Below the pieces are notes generated by a model that saw only the letters and a program-made list of their open reading frames with translations, was not told the origin of the DNA and made no database searches. A stretch of DNA of 63,998 bases, filler included, from Malassezia furfur (Eukaryota): NCBI GenBank assembly GCA_052055015.1. It is 3 parts of 3 records of this genome, joined end to end, with 100 filler letters (N's around TTAATTAATTAA, not from the genome) between each part and the next. Parts side by side here need not be neighbours in the genome. Positions count along the whole stretch, not along the records: positions 1 to 22,134 come from JBQJIT010000160.1; positions 22,235 to 44,345 come from JBQJIT010000161.1; 1 more part is not named here. One strand, 5' to 3'. Position numbers and translations under genes: made by a program. Positions 11,968-25,200 of this stretch are shown here, in pieces. How positions within the stretch are numbered: the first letter of the stretch is position 1; the number at the start of each line of letters is the position of its first letter.

Positions 11968-14078
11968 TTAAAACATACCCCCGAGGGATTTAGCCGCATC
12001 CGACGCGGACAATCCGCCGAACCGGCGGCGGCCCGCCGAGAGGCGCGACTGGACAAGGGATGAGCGCGGGGGTTCGTTGGTCAGGGTAGACTGAGGGGCA
12101 TTCGCTGCTGCGCCGGGCTCCGCATGCGATGTGGCGGGTTCCATAGACGTCGGCGCGCCTGCACCAGCACTACCCTCCGGCTCGCCAAACGGAGTCGACC
12201 ATTCATCCGAGACTGGAGGTGCGTGCAGCGGCGCACGCGAAGTCGTGTCCAAGCTGTCTGCATCCGTTGCCCAGACGCCGGCTGTCGGATCCTCCGGTGC
12301 TGACGGAGGTCGTCGGCTCTCCTCCGCCCACGGCGACGGCTCCGGCGGTTCCGGCACCGCATGGGACTCAACAAGCGATGGAGAAGCAGCCTCAGTTTCG
12401 GTAGATTTCTGAATCACGGGGGGTGATGGCAACACTTCCTCGCCCTCGTCTGGCTTGTCCAATGCCGGCGGCTTGGGGAGGGTGTCGTTGGCGGGAGCCT
12501 CGGCGGGAGCCTCGGCGGGAGCCTCTGCGGGTGTCTCAGCTTCCTCGGTCTGCTCTCCCTTCAAGGCACGCGCGGCAGCGGCTTGGGCCGGGGTGATTTT
12601 ACGCTTGACGTTGGCTTTAGCCATAGCCGCCTTTTGCGCATCCTGTGCCGCAGCGCTCAGGTCCATGTCAAACAAACCAAGCATCTCAAGCACACGCTGT
12701 TCGTACACACCACTGATCCGAACATGCTCGAGGATGAGGTGTTGCAGATCCTGGTGTGTTTGCACGCTGTGTCGCTGCAGGCTCTCACGTAGCGACTGAC
12801 TGATTTGATGAAGGTAGCGCTCGAGCAGCTGCTCATGATGCTGCGCCTCGCGCACTTCTTCCACGGCGACTTCCACGCGATCCGGACGCAGCTGACGTGC
12901 CGTACGGAGCTGCTCGGCATCTTGCCGTTTGTTGGCGGTGACGCGCCGGGCGATATCGTGTTCGAGGATGACCGACGTGCGCTCCTGCAGCACGAGCCGC
13001 GCGGTGCGCAGGTTGAGCTCTTGGTAAGCCATCGCGTCCTTCAGTGTAACTTCCTCTGCGTGCATCTGGGTCAGTACGGCGTCCACATACAATGGTATCG
13101 GACAATGTCCCGACATTGGTATACATGGTATGGGCGCTGCGCAGCGTACGCGGCAAACGGCCTTGGAGCGATTCGCCGCGTGCCTCCTCTAGGGTGGCCA
13201 GCGGTAGAAAGGCGTCGGCGACGTCCTGCATTGCGGCGTGTACGGCGCTGCGTGCTTCCGATACACGCGTACTAGCCTGCACCACGTCACTCAGTTGCTT
13301 CTCGAGCCGAGTGAGCTCGATGCGTGCCGTGGCCAAATCCTCGTTGGGGTCGCTCACCCCCACCGCCGACACCGCGGCCAGATGCACTGGCACCAACGCT
13401 GCGGGGGGCGGTTTGGGGTGCGCACGGATGCCCAGCATGGACGCAACGCCCGATGTGCTGGGCTCGGGGTCAAACAGCTCGCCTGAAAAAACATGGGCAA
13501 GCGACTGCACCTGCGCCGCGGCCTTGGCCGCCTGCTTGCGCTGCCCTTCGGGTGCTTCGGCCTCGACAGGGAGCGGTTCGTAGCTGTATTCGGACTCGAT
13601 AAACCGACGCGTCTCCTTGTGCGCACGCAGTGTCGGCTCGTTCAGAACCCGTGCAAACCAGCGCTCTAGCATGTTGCGCAGTTCGTGCAGCTCGCGCACA
13701 TCCTCGTCGTACCCAGCGTCGGGCATGTGGATCATGGCAGGGGTTGGCAGGGGCAGCGCGGGGACAATCAGGTTCGGCCCGGTCATGGACAGCGCCGAGG
13801 CATACATCGCAAGCTCGCGGTACGTGCGTTCCACGTTGTGGAACTCGCGCCGGTAGAAACTCGGCATGTTGGTCTGCGTGAGTAGATCGACGTACCGTGC
13901 AATCAAAACGGATGCCAAGCTCGTGCATGGACCGCGTGATCTGCAGCTTCGAGAGGGTAATGTACCATGCCGGTGCATTTCGCTGCGGTGCCGCGGTTTT
14001 TGCAGGCGAACTGCTGGGCGCAGCCCGCGTCGTGTCCTTGGGCGGTGGCTTGGGCGCCGCCGGGGCCGATTGGGACAT
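11968..14078 (-). CDS. VPS17: Retromer sorting nexin Vps17 (PX+BAR), 3 exons
   Basis: IRFDCT|TNMPSFYRREFHNVERTYREL..IVPALP PX pattern followed by a helical BAR region; introns 13874-13895 and 13066-13090. Confidence 0.7.
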
Positions 14079-14116
14079 CGCGAGCGGAGGTGGAGGGGTC
14101 GACTATCCACAAGACA

Positions 14117-15224
14117 CTATTCTGGCTCCACTTCGCCCAAAAGCAGCGTGCGGTCGGTCGAGGCCGAGACGACTGCGTAAGCAGGGGGTATACATACCGA
14201 TCGGCTCGCGCGGGTGCATGTCCACGGCTGTGCACGTTCCCCGGTGGCCTGGGAGTTTGTACAATATCGCGCCTTTTTCCACACTGAGGTTAGTCGTAGC
14301 AACATACTCCCAGATCGTGCAAGTGCGGTCCGCGCTGCCGCTTGCGACGCGCTCCCCATCCATGCTCCATGCGGCCTTCATGAGGATATTTTCAAAGCCG
14401 CTCGGTGCACCTGTCAACGTGCGGTACAGCCGTGGGCTCTCTGTGTCACCCGGCCGCGGCTCGGGAGCGAACGGACGCACATCCCAGATGCGCAACGTGT
14501 CGTCCAGCGAGGACGACAGGAGATGCGTGCCCGAGCGAGACAGCGCGAGCGACCCGATGGTGTCCAGGTGGCCGCGCAGCGAGTATGGCCGCTGCTTGGT
14601 TGCTAGGTCAACTGCGTGGATCGCATTGTCGACGCCCCCAACAAAGAGCTGGGTGCCGTCTTCTGAGAAGGCAACGGCAGTGACAGGGTATCCGAGATCC
14701 AGCGCGTCCACAGCGTGCCGCTCGTCCAAGTCCCATAGCAGCACTCTCCCATCGTCTGAGCCCGAGGCGACCAGCGTGCGTCCCGAGCGCGTGCACGCCA
14801 CACTGTTCACAATGCCTTTGTGCCCGCGGAAGCGCCGCATCTTCTCGCCAGTCTGCGCGTTCCACACAATGACGGTGTTGTCCGCCGAGCCCGACACGAG
14901 TGTCGGCGTCTCCTCTGCAGGCGCCCAAGCCACCGTGGTCACGGCGCGCCCATGGCTCACCAGCTGTCCAATATTACGGTTCCCCCCGTACGTTTCCCAC
15001 AGCGACACGGTGTGGTCCGCAGACGCGGCAGCAATTGTCTGACCGTCGGGTGAGAACTTGACGTCAAGGATCTCGGCCGTGTGTGCGCCCTGCAGCGAGA
15101 TGACAGACGACGAGAGTGAACTTGTGCGCCGCTGCGTCACTGTCAATGCGCCCTCATTTCCCTGGCGCACGCGCTTCACCACTTCGCCCGCGGCCAGCGG
15201 GGGCGATTTCCGTTTGTCGGCCAT
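14117..15224 (-). CDS. SNRNP40: U5 snRNP 40-kDa WD40 protein (Cwf17/Spf38), 3 exons
   Basis: RTSSLSSSVISLQGAH..WD40 repeats..LYKLPGHRG..HPREPI|VVSASTDRTLLLGE; introns 14284-14307 and 14173-14197. Confidence 0.88.
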
Positions 15225-15284
15225 CGTGGATGCGAAAAGCGGTGGCCCGCTGACTAAAACTCTTCGCCGAACGCACTGACGCGA

Positions 15285-18200
15285 ATGCCACCGAGCAAGG
15301 CGTTCAGCGCGCAGAACATCCGCAACTGCACACTCATCGGCCATGTCGACCACGGCAAATCATCGTATGCAGACTCTCTGCTAGCCGCGAACGGGATTAT
15401 CTCGTCGCGGTCCGCGGGTCAGGTGCGTTACCTGGACTCGCGCGAAGACGAGCAGGAACGAGGCATCACGATGGAAGCGAGCGCCGTTTCACTTAACTTC
15501 AAGCTGCGCACGCTCGCGGAAGATGGCGAGGTGTCCGAAGTGAAGGACTACACACTGAATCTGGTTGATACGCCCGGCCATGTCGACTTTTCAAGCGAGG
15601 TGTCGTCGGCGTCGCGCCTGTGCGACGGTGCGCTAGTCATTGTCGACGTGATCGAAGGCGTGTGCTCCCAGACGATCGGCGTACTTCGCCAGGCGTGGCT
15701 GGATGGGCTGCGTACCGTGCTGGTAATCAACAAAATGGACCGCCTCATCACCGAGCTCAAGTTGACCCCGACCGAGGCGCACTATCGTCTGCTGCAACTC
15801 GTCGAGCAAGCGAATGCCGTCATTGGCGGCTTCTTTGCTGCGGAGCGCATGGAGCACGAGCAGCGTATCCACGAGGAGCGCGAGCGCCTGCGCGAAGAGC
15901 AGAATGTCGAGCCTGACGAGCTGCCCGACTTTGAAGAGGGCAGTGACGAGGATCTGTACTTTGACCCCTCGAAGGGCAACGTGATTTTCGCAAGTGCTAT
16001 GGACCACTGGGCGTTCCGACTCGAACGGTTCGCGCGTCTGTACAGCCAAAAACTCGGCATCAAGGAGCAGACGATCCGGCAGTTCCTGTGGGGCAACTAC
16101 TTCCTTGACCCCAAGACGAAGCGCGTCCTGACGCAGAAACAGCTCGACAAGGAGCGGCGCACGCTCAAGCCCATGTTTGTCCAGTTTGTGCTGGACAACG
16201 TGTGGAGCGTGTACGAAAACACCGTGGAGGAGCGCAACATGGAGAAGGTGGAGAAGATCATTGCGGCGCTGGGCCTGACCATCCACCCTCGCGACCTCAA
16301 GGCGAAGGAGGCGTCGGCGCTCATGCAGGCGCTCATGAGCCAGTGGCTCCCGCTGTCTGCATGCACGTTTGCCGCGATCGTGCATAATTTGCCACCGCCG
16401 AACGAGGCGCAGCGGACGCGCGTGCCACGCATGGTGCGCCCCGACCTGGGCTACTTTGCCACCGAGAAGGAACTGGCACCCCACAATGCATTTGAGCGCG
16501 ACATGTTCACCGGAAATACCCAGCCCGACGCTGCGATGGTGGTGTATGTGAGCAAAATGTTTGTGGTGGATGCCGAGGACCTGCCCGAGAACAAGCGCGT
16601 GCAGCTGACCGCCGACGAGATGCGCCAGCGTGGGCGCGAGATGCGCCAACGCGCTGCCGAGGTCGACTCGGCGCTGGCTGCGACCGGCACAGCGCTGGCG
16701 CCGGTGGAGCGTGGAGAGGCGACCGAGCGTGCCGCGCCCTCTGACGATGCGGCAAAGACAGACGACACGACATCGGCGTCGCGCGAGGCCGTGCTGGGCT
16801 TTGCGCGGATCTACAGCGGTTGCCTAAACGCGGGCGATACTGTGTATGCCGTGCTGCCCAAGTACAATGTACAGCTGCCACCGACGCACCCGTCGAATGT
16901 GCCCTACCTGCGGCCCGTGCAGATCGAGGCCCTCTACATGATGATGGGCCGCGACCTCGTGGCGGTGCAGCGCGTGCCTGCCGGCAACCTTTTTGCCGTA
17001 CGTGGCCTCGATGGGGTCGTGCTGCGGAACGGGACGCTGATCCGCGTGCCGGGCACCGAGGGGCCGCCCTCCGAGCTGGTGAACTTGGCCGGCGTGCACC
17101 GCAACGCGACGCCGATTGTGCGTGTGGCGCTCGAGCCCAAGAACCCCGCCGATATGCCCAAGCTGGTCGAGGGCCTGCGCCTCCTCAACCAGGCCGATCC
17201 GTGTGTGGAGGTGATGGTGCAGGACAATGGCGAGCATGTGATCATGACCGCGGGCGAGCTGCACCTGGAGCGATGCATGAAAGACTTGCGCGAGCGCTTT
17301 GCGCGGTGCAAGATTCAGCAGTCGCCGCCGCTCGTGCCCTTCCGCGAGACGGCAGTGCGCGGCGCAACGATGGCGCCGCCCAAGACGCCCGGGGCGCAGC
17401 GCGGCACCGTGAGCGGCACCGCGCTGAACGGCGCACTGGCGTACACAGTGCGGGCGGTGCCGCTCCCCGCCGAAGTCACCGACTTCTTGGTGGTGAACCA
17501 GCCGACGATTCGCCGGCTGCGGCGCAAGGGTGCGCACGATGACGACGACGTCGAGCAGTCCACCCACGACCTGAACGATCAGCACACATCGGCGCCGCAG
17601 CAAGACACGGAGGAGGACGCGTCCGAGGAGCGTGCGCAGCGCGTGTCCGTGCGGCAGTTCTGGCCCGAGTTACAGCGCGTCTTGGAGCGCGCTGGCCCGC
17701 GCTGGGCAAACATGGCCGACCAGATCTGTGCGTTTGGCCCGCGCAACACGGGCCCGAATGTGCTTCTGGACCAAAACGTGCTGCACCGCTCGCTGCGTGC
17801 GCGCCACGACGACTTGTCGGCGCAGATGGCTCATGCGTCGCTCGAGAGCGGCGCCCTGCCGCGCGAAGTGGCCGATGCGGTGGAGAACGGGTTCCAGTTG
17901 GCGACGGCGAGCGGCCCGATGTGTGCGGAGCCGATGCAAGGTATGGCGTTTGTGGTGGAGCGCGTGGAGCTTGAAGAGAAGGAAGGAGTGAAGCCGTCGC
18001 AGGTGATGTCGGCGACCATTTCGAGCGTGCGCGAGGCATGCAAGACTGGTCTGCTCGACTGGTCGCCGCGGTTGATGCTAGCGATGTACTCGTGCGAGAT
18101 CCAGGCGGCACGTACGTATTCTGCGCGTGCGCACATAACTAACCCCCAGCCGAGGTCCAGGGCAAAGTACATGCGGTGCTTTCGCGCCGCCGCGGGCGCA

Positions 18201-18532
18201 TCGTGTCCGAGGAGATGAAGGAAGGCACGCTCTTCTTTACCATTGGTTCACTGCTCCCCGTGGTTGAGTCGTTCGGATTTGCTGAGGAGATTCGCAAGCG
18301 CACGTCGGGTGCTGCGAGTCCCCAGCTGCTCTTTGCCGGTTTCCAGCTATTCGATTTGGATCCGTTCTGGGTGCCGACTACGGAAGAAGAGCTAGAGGAT
18401 CTGGGCGAGAAGGGTGACCGCGAAAACGTGGCGAAGCGCTACATGGACATGGTGCGCAAGCGCAAGGGTCTGCAGACCACGCGGCGCATTGTCGAGTCTG
18501 CCGAGAAGCAGCGCACGCTCAAGTCCAACTAG
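15285..18532 (+). CDS. RIA1: Ribosome-assembly EF-2-like GTPase Efl1/Ria1, 2 exons
   Basis: [18 protein letters not shown] and NKMD GTPase motifs; C-terminal [16 protein letters not shown]; intron 18112-18149. Confidence 0.93.
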
Positions 18533-18870
18533 TGTGGCCGTGCGCCCCCTGTAATTCCCCCGTAGCTGACTCAGCACCGCGCACATGAGCACGTGGCCCG
18601 TGGTTGCCCAGCTGCGGCACAATGCATGTGCCCCCTATTAGCCTGCAGCAAGCTGCAGCGTTGCATTGGCGCGGGGGCAGTGGGCCTGTCCGCCGCGCGC
18701 CGCAGACACGCTCGGGCGAATCGCAACAGATCGGGGGACTGGGGCGCTGGGAGGAACGCGGCAGGGCCGAACGCCCGTCGCGAGGGGGGCCTTTCGGTCC
18801 TTTCTTTCCTAGCACGCTGGGCGCGTAGCGTTGGCCTCTCGGCGCAGACACGCATCTCGTGGGAGCTGCG

Positions 18871-21800
18871 ATGCCCAAGACGACGTTCCTGGACTCGATC
18901 CTAGGGCGCCCGTCGCAGACATATCTCTCGGCGTACGGCGCACCTTCGAGTGCAGACACCGAGCGCGTCGCGTCCGATGTCGACGCGCCCAAATCCGCGT
19001 CGGGCTACGGTGGCTTCTCCCAGCTGCTGTCGAGCCCGCGGAAAAAGTCACACAGCACACATGGCTCGGTAGATGAGCGTGCAGATGCGCTCAGCTCGAG
19101 CAATTCGCTGCGTTCGCGCCTCGGGCGCCGGCGCAGCAACCGAACACAACCGACACGCGAATCGCCGGGCCTTCCGTCGCCGCGCGTGCCCGAGTCGAGT
19201 TCGCCTAGCACTTTTTCGTCCTGGTGGGAGAACCACAGTTTGACCAAGGGCGCGGCGGGCCCGGGCAGTGTGCTGAGCGAGCCCGGCGAGTCGTTCGCCG
19301 AGCGCTGGCGGCGCGACATGGCGCAGGGCCGCGCGGCGCGCAGCGAGGTCGGCGGCCCCGCATCTTCGGCTTCGGTGCTGCGCAGCGCATCGCGTCTCAA
19401 GCGCGAGCCGAACGTCGCGCCGCTGAGCAACGACACGCCGACGCTGTCGGTGCCGGCGCATGTTCGTGCCATGCCCAAATCCCAGGGCACCACCTCGACG
19501 CGGTCCGAACCCGGCGGCGCTGCGGGCCCAGCCTCGTCGGTGCCCGCGGCCGCCACCACGATGCACTGGTCATCGCCAACCACGGCGCGCACGCGCGAGT
19601 CGGGACAGTGGTACGAGTTTGTGCGCACCATGGAACAGCGCGAAGCAGCGCGGCGTACGCAAGAGGCGGGTAATGCACCGGCTACGGCGAGTGCGCCTGC
19701 CACGTCGGCGCCCACATCGGTGCCGACGAGCGCGCCCAAGGCGAGTGCGGAGCGTGCGGAGCCGAACGAGGCCGACGTGTCCGAGTTTGGTGTCGCGCTG
19801 TCAAACGGCGATGCATCCAACACCTCCGCATCGGAGCTGGCGCCGCCGATCGACGCGACGCTGCCCTACTTTAGCGTCTTCCCGCCCTCGGCCAACGCCG
19901 GATCGCAGAAGCTCACGGCGGTCACCGAGGAGGACGAGACGGGCGGTATGTATGGTCTTGGCCTGCGTGGCGCCAACACATCGAGCACCGAGGTGTCCGG
20001 CACGGCGCTTTCGCCGCCGACCCCCCCGACGGCCTCTGCCGAGCTACGCCCCTCGCAGCCGTCGCGCACGACGGCGGACCGCTCGCCGGTCGCGATGCTT
20101 GCGCCGCCCGTGCTGACGTCGTCGTCGACGTCGGCACAGGCGATGGGCCTGGCCCCCGCGCTGGACACGACGCCGACCAAACCCAAGGAGGGTGCGTCGT
20201 CGCCCGTGGCGTCGTCGCCGTCGAACTACGCGTCGCCGACGCCCTCGCCACCGCGTATGGTGCCGACGGCGGCCACCAACGACTCTGGACCCCCGACCCC
20301 GGCGAAGCCGAAGCGCAATGTGGTGTACCAAAAAACCTTCCCTGCGCCGCAGCACACGCAGGACGTGTTCCACAGTACGGCGCGCCCTGCACCGGCCTCC
20401 GCGCCCACATCCGACGCGTTGGACGAGCCATTCGCGGCCGCGGACCTCGCGCGCCTGTCGTGGTCACCTGCACTGTTCTATGCACAGGAGGATGCGGCAT
20501 TCTTGGATGCGCCTCAAAACAATGCGCCGTCGAGCGCGCCTTCGAGCGCACCGCCGAGCGCACCGCCGAGCGCACCGCCGAGCGCACCATCAAGCGTGCC
20601 GCCGAGTGCCGCCGAGCGCGCGCGAGATGCCCTGGCGCCCTCGCCAATGATGCAAGACAATGCCCACCGCCCCAACTCGCACTTTGTCTCGGCGCTTGAC
20701 CAGCACAACGACGGCAAGCCGAGCGACGCGGCAGCCGCGGCAGCGTCTGCGGCGGGCGCCGCCACGTCCGAGACGGCGCCCGCGCTCGGGAGCACGCTTG
20801 GCGGCGCGCGCAGCGCCACGGGTACGACCGCGTACGCCTTGCCTGCGTCGCGTGTGCCCGCTGTCGCGCGCAGTGGCGAGGCGCCGCATGGCTTCAAGCA
20901 GCCGTCGACGTATGCGCCGCGGCGTGGCGAGGCGACGACGAGCCGCGGCCTGTCGCACGGCACGAGCCGCGGCCTTGGGTCCAAGTACCGCAGCCCGCTG
21001 AACAACTGGCCGAACCAGATGGCGACGCTCAGCCCCCCGCGGTGGCACACGCAGACGGCCAAGCAGCCGACGCGCGCCGTGTCGCACGGCTCGCTGCAGG
21101 CGGCGGCGCCCGCGCCGCGCACGACGACGACGCGCGTCGCATCGACGCGGCCTTCGGAGCGGACGTTGGCGCCGCCGGCGCCTGCACCGCGTGCCGTCTC
21201 GACGCCGCACCATGCCGCACAGCGTCTGTCGACCATGTCGGTGGCCGACTCGGACCTGCTTGAGCTCGATCCTGTGAGTGCGCCATGGACCATGACCAGC
21301 GAAGTGGGCCATTACGACCGCTCCGAGCTCCATGGCACCGAGGACCAGGACGACGCGACGCCGACGACGCCCGAGGGCGCGCTGCGTGGTGCTGCACACG
21401 ACACGCCCTCGACGCCGTACGCGTTCCAGAGGAACACGGCGACGACGCCCGCGACGACGCCCGGGCGCAAGGTGCTCGACCGCCCCCGCAACCGCGGTCC
21501 GCGCCCGACCGAGATGGGCGGCGTACCGATCGCGCATGGCACGCTGCCTGCGCAGGTGCCGACGCCGCGCGCGACGCGCAGCGTGTCGGACAGTGTGCAG
21601 CACATGCACCCCGCGCAGCCGATGCCCACCATGCGCCATGCGTCGGCGGGTGATGCGCGCGTCGTGGCGGAGGACGCGGCCGAGGCACGCTCAGCGCTTG
21701 CGGCGCGCCCTGCGTCGGCGCGCGAGCGGGCCGACAGTGTGCCGAGCGATGCACGCTCTGTGCGCTCGGCGCGCTCGGCGCGCTCGGCGCGCTCCGTGCC

Positions 21801-22134
21801 CGACGAAGAGTTTTACGACGCGGGCGGCGAAGAGATGCCGTTCAGTGCGGCGTCGGACGACGCGGACGACGCGCTGACGTTCACGTTCCACGACGTGCCC
21901 GACATGCGTGCGTCGGTGTCGTTGGCGGACACGCTCGTCGGCTACAAGGACGCCCCGCAGGCCGACGACGACGACGACGACGAGGCGCCGTCGTCCCGCG
22001 TGCCGAGCACGGGCACCTCGAGCTCGGTGCGCTACCGCGTGACGCCAGCGCAGCCCACGCCAGTGTGGATGCCCGAGCTGGCGCACAAGGCCGCGCAGGC
22101 ACGCGCCACCGGCAGCGCCCCCCCGGTGGAGGCG
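18871..22134 (+). CDS. Hypothetical low-complexity Ser/Pro/Ala/Thr-rich protein, 3'-truncated at gap
   Basis: Open frame of more than 1000 codons from ATG 18871 into the N gap; no recognisable domain. Confidence 0.7.
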
Positions 22135-22234
22135 NNNNNNNNNNNNNNNNNNNNNNNNNNNNNNNNNNNNNNNNNNNNTTAATTAATTAANNNNNNNNNN
22201 NNNNNNNNNNNNNNNNNNNNNNNNNNNNNNNNNN
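22135..22234. other. Artificial contig linker N44-TTAATTAATTAA-N44
   Basis: Six-frame stop spacer flanked by Ns; identical to 44346-44445. Confidence 0.98.
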
Positions 22235-25200
22235 GGGCTTTCAGCAGGGCGCGTCGCATCGCCGCCACGCATGCTCAGCGGCGTCATGGCCACCGGCACC
22301 GGCGCCATGCCCGTCTCGCCGATTTGGCCGGGTACGGGCGCGGTCGGCACACTAGTAGGCACACCCACAGGTACACCCGCAGGCACGTTGGACACCGTCG
22401 ACGCAACGGTCGTCGGGACCTTGGGCGCCTTGGGCACCTTGGGTACCTTGGGCACAAGCGAGTGCTTCGGCGACGAGAGTTCCTTAAGCGACGGCGCCTT
22501 AGGCACCGGGATCTCGGGCAGCTCAGCATCGGTGCCGTGCGACGGCTTGGCGGAAGTCGCCGTCGTCGCGTCGCGCATCGACACCCCCGACAAAGTGTGC
22601 AGCGCCGACAGGCGGCTCGGGTCCTTCTGCGGAACCTCGGGGCGCGGCACGGTCGAACCCGCAGTGTCGGCGTCGCGCAAGTTGGATGACGACGAGCCGC
22701 GCTTGTTGTGGCGCGACAAGAACGGCACATTGGAAAACAGGCCAGAGTTTCGCGTGCCGTCGAAGCTGAAGCGCTTGCTCTTGCGCCGCGAGCTGCGACG
22801 ACTCGTGCTGTCGCTCGGGGCCGCTGAGGCCGCGTCCTCCGAGAGGCTCGGACGCGTCGATGGGTCCGCATCTGTTGCGTCCATCTTGTCCGTTGCCGCC
22901 GGTAGCACAGCCGCAGAAGGCTGCGAATCGGTAGGCGAAGCTGCGGTGCCCTTGTCCGCCGTGGACGGCGCAACGAGCAGCGTCTCGGGACGTGCTTGCG
23001 TCTCGGACGAAGGCGGTACCGGTTCGGGCACCGGCACTGGCTCGGGCTTGGGCGGCACAGCAGTAGCCGTGGGCTGCACATCCACGACCTGGGCAGCCGG
23101 AGTGGGAGTCGAAACGGGCGCCGACGCCATGGGCGCTGCCGTGCTGCTCGGGGGCATGGCCTTAGGCGCCGATGTGTGCAGACCAAGCAGGTAGTTGGGC
23201 AGGTACGGCGGCTCGAGCGACGCGGTCTTGGCCGTCGGTGTGGCAGTTGAGGCCATTGTGGTCGCCGTCGTCGGCACGGTCGTCGTGTCGATCGTCGTTG
23301 TCGTCGTCGGCACGGCCGCAGGGTCGGGCTTCGTCGCTGTCGGCACGGCCGGCGCCATGCGTGTCGGCACCACCACGTCAGAGACGGGCTCCGTCGTACG
23401 CGCAGACGGCGCAGCATCCTCGCTGGCAATGCGCTCGGCGCGCGGGCCAAGTGCCGCATGCTTCAAGTAGGACATCCCCGACGCAAGGCCCGCGGCTGCA
23501 CCGCCGATGCCGGCACCCACCGCCTCGGTCGCCTCGGTGAGAATCGAGGGCGACTTCTCCTTATCGGCTGACGAGGTAGCGAGGTCGTGTTTTCCCGTCT
23601 CGGTGAGGTCCTTGGACGGCGCCATCGGCGAGGCATGCTTCGACGGTGACTCGTACGCAGTCTCGTTGAACGATGTCTCAGCATCGGCATGCTTCGACGG
23701 CGTACGCGTGCCGACCTTGGACATCATGGGTGCCGGCGACAACTGCCCTGGCGTCGTCGTCTTGGCTGTAGGCGCCGTAGGCGCCGTAGGCGTGATGGGC
23801 GTCGTCGCAGACGCTGCATCGGGTGCGGCATCCAACGTCGTCGCGGGCGTCAGAGCCGAAACAGAGGGCTTGGTACTCTCTGTGGAGGAACCCAGCGAGA
23901 AGTTTTTGATGGGCACAGCTGCGGAGGTAGTGTCCGTCGCAGCCGTGGGTGCCTCGCCAACCTCCGTAGGCACCTCGGCGCCACGCATAGGCGTCGCACG
24001 GGACTGCGCACCAGCCGCCGCCATGCGGAAGTCCTTGGTCTTGACCGCCGGCTCGGCTGCCGTCGCCTCGGCCTCGGCCTCGGCCTCGAGACGCGCCTCG
24101 GTCTCGGCCGCCTCTGCGGGGACGTCGGCGGGGATGGTCAGCGGCTCACGCGGCTCGGGCGTGTCGACCATGGCGTCCGGGTTGCTAGTGGCAGGAAGGT
24201 CAAGCGACTCGGGCGCGGTGGGGAGTGGCGTCTTGTCCGTGACCACATCAGCTACATCGGCAGTGCTCTGGGGGATCTCAGGCGGTGCATTGAGCGCACC
24301 GGCATCCAGTGCTTTGCCCTTGCCCTTGTCCATCGCCGTAGTCTCCTGCGGCACCGTGGGGTCCGACACCGCCGTCTCAGTCGGCTTTGGTACCGTCAGG
24401 GGGAAGCCAGCGAGTGGGCGCGACGTGGGGAACGCGTGTTCGCCCGACGTGTCTGCCGCATCTGCCGCATCTTTGGCCGCGTCCGTCGTCGCGTCCGTCG
24501 CCACCGGCGCCACCGGCGCCGTCGTCGCATCCGGCGCCGTCGTCGCATCGACCACCACGGTGCTCGGTGCAGCCGTCGTCGCAGTTGCCGTTGCGGCCGT
24601 CGTCACGGTGGTGGGCACCTCGGGCTGCTCGGCGGCCTCGTCGGCGGCCTTGGCATGCTGGCCACTCGCGTGGCGACTGCCCGGGTACAGCATCGAGAAG
24701 CCGGCGCTCGCAAGCGCGCCAAGGCCGCCGAACAGACCCGCCTTGGCTGCCTCGTCGTGATGCGCCTGGGCATCGGTGGGTTGCGGCGTGACGGTGCCCG
24801 AGCGGTCGGCGAGAACTTCGGTGGGAGGGGCGGTGCGGGTGCTTGCCTCAGCACGCGTCGAATCGTGCACCACCGATCCCGCGGGGGTGTCGAGGTACTC
24901 TTCCGCATCGTGCATCGGCAACGTCACGGCCATCGACTCCACTGTTCCGCCATAGCTCGACACCGACGAGCGCGCATCCTGCTCATCATCGACAAACACA
25001 TCGTCATCGTCCTCAGCAAGCACAGAAGCGTACTGCGACCGCGGCGCCGGCGACGCGGCAGCGGTCACATCCGCCGTACGCTCCGTCGGAGTAGCGTTCG
25101 TCGAAGCCACCACAGCTGGCTTCACAGGCGTTGTGGCGGGCGACGCACGCTTCTCTACGATCGTCGAGGCGACCGAGCGGTCGCCCTCTGGCTCGGCGCG

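Noticed and set aside
3858..18532. Apparent frameshifts or pseudogenes in RTP1, GDPD, ALE1, VPS17 and RIA1
   Set aside because: Each break is resolved by a GT-AG micro-intron with a branch motif that restores the frame.
22135..22234. TTAATTAATTAA palindrome within Ns (also 44346-44445) as a biological repeat or element end
   Set aside because: Identical 100-bp synthetic six-frame-stop linkers; adjacency across them is unproven.
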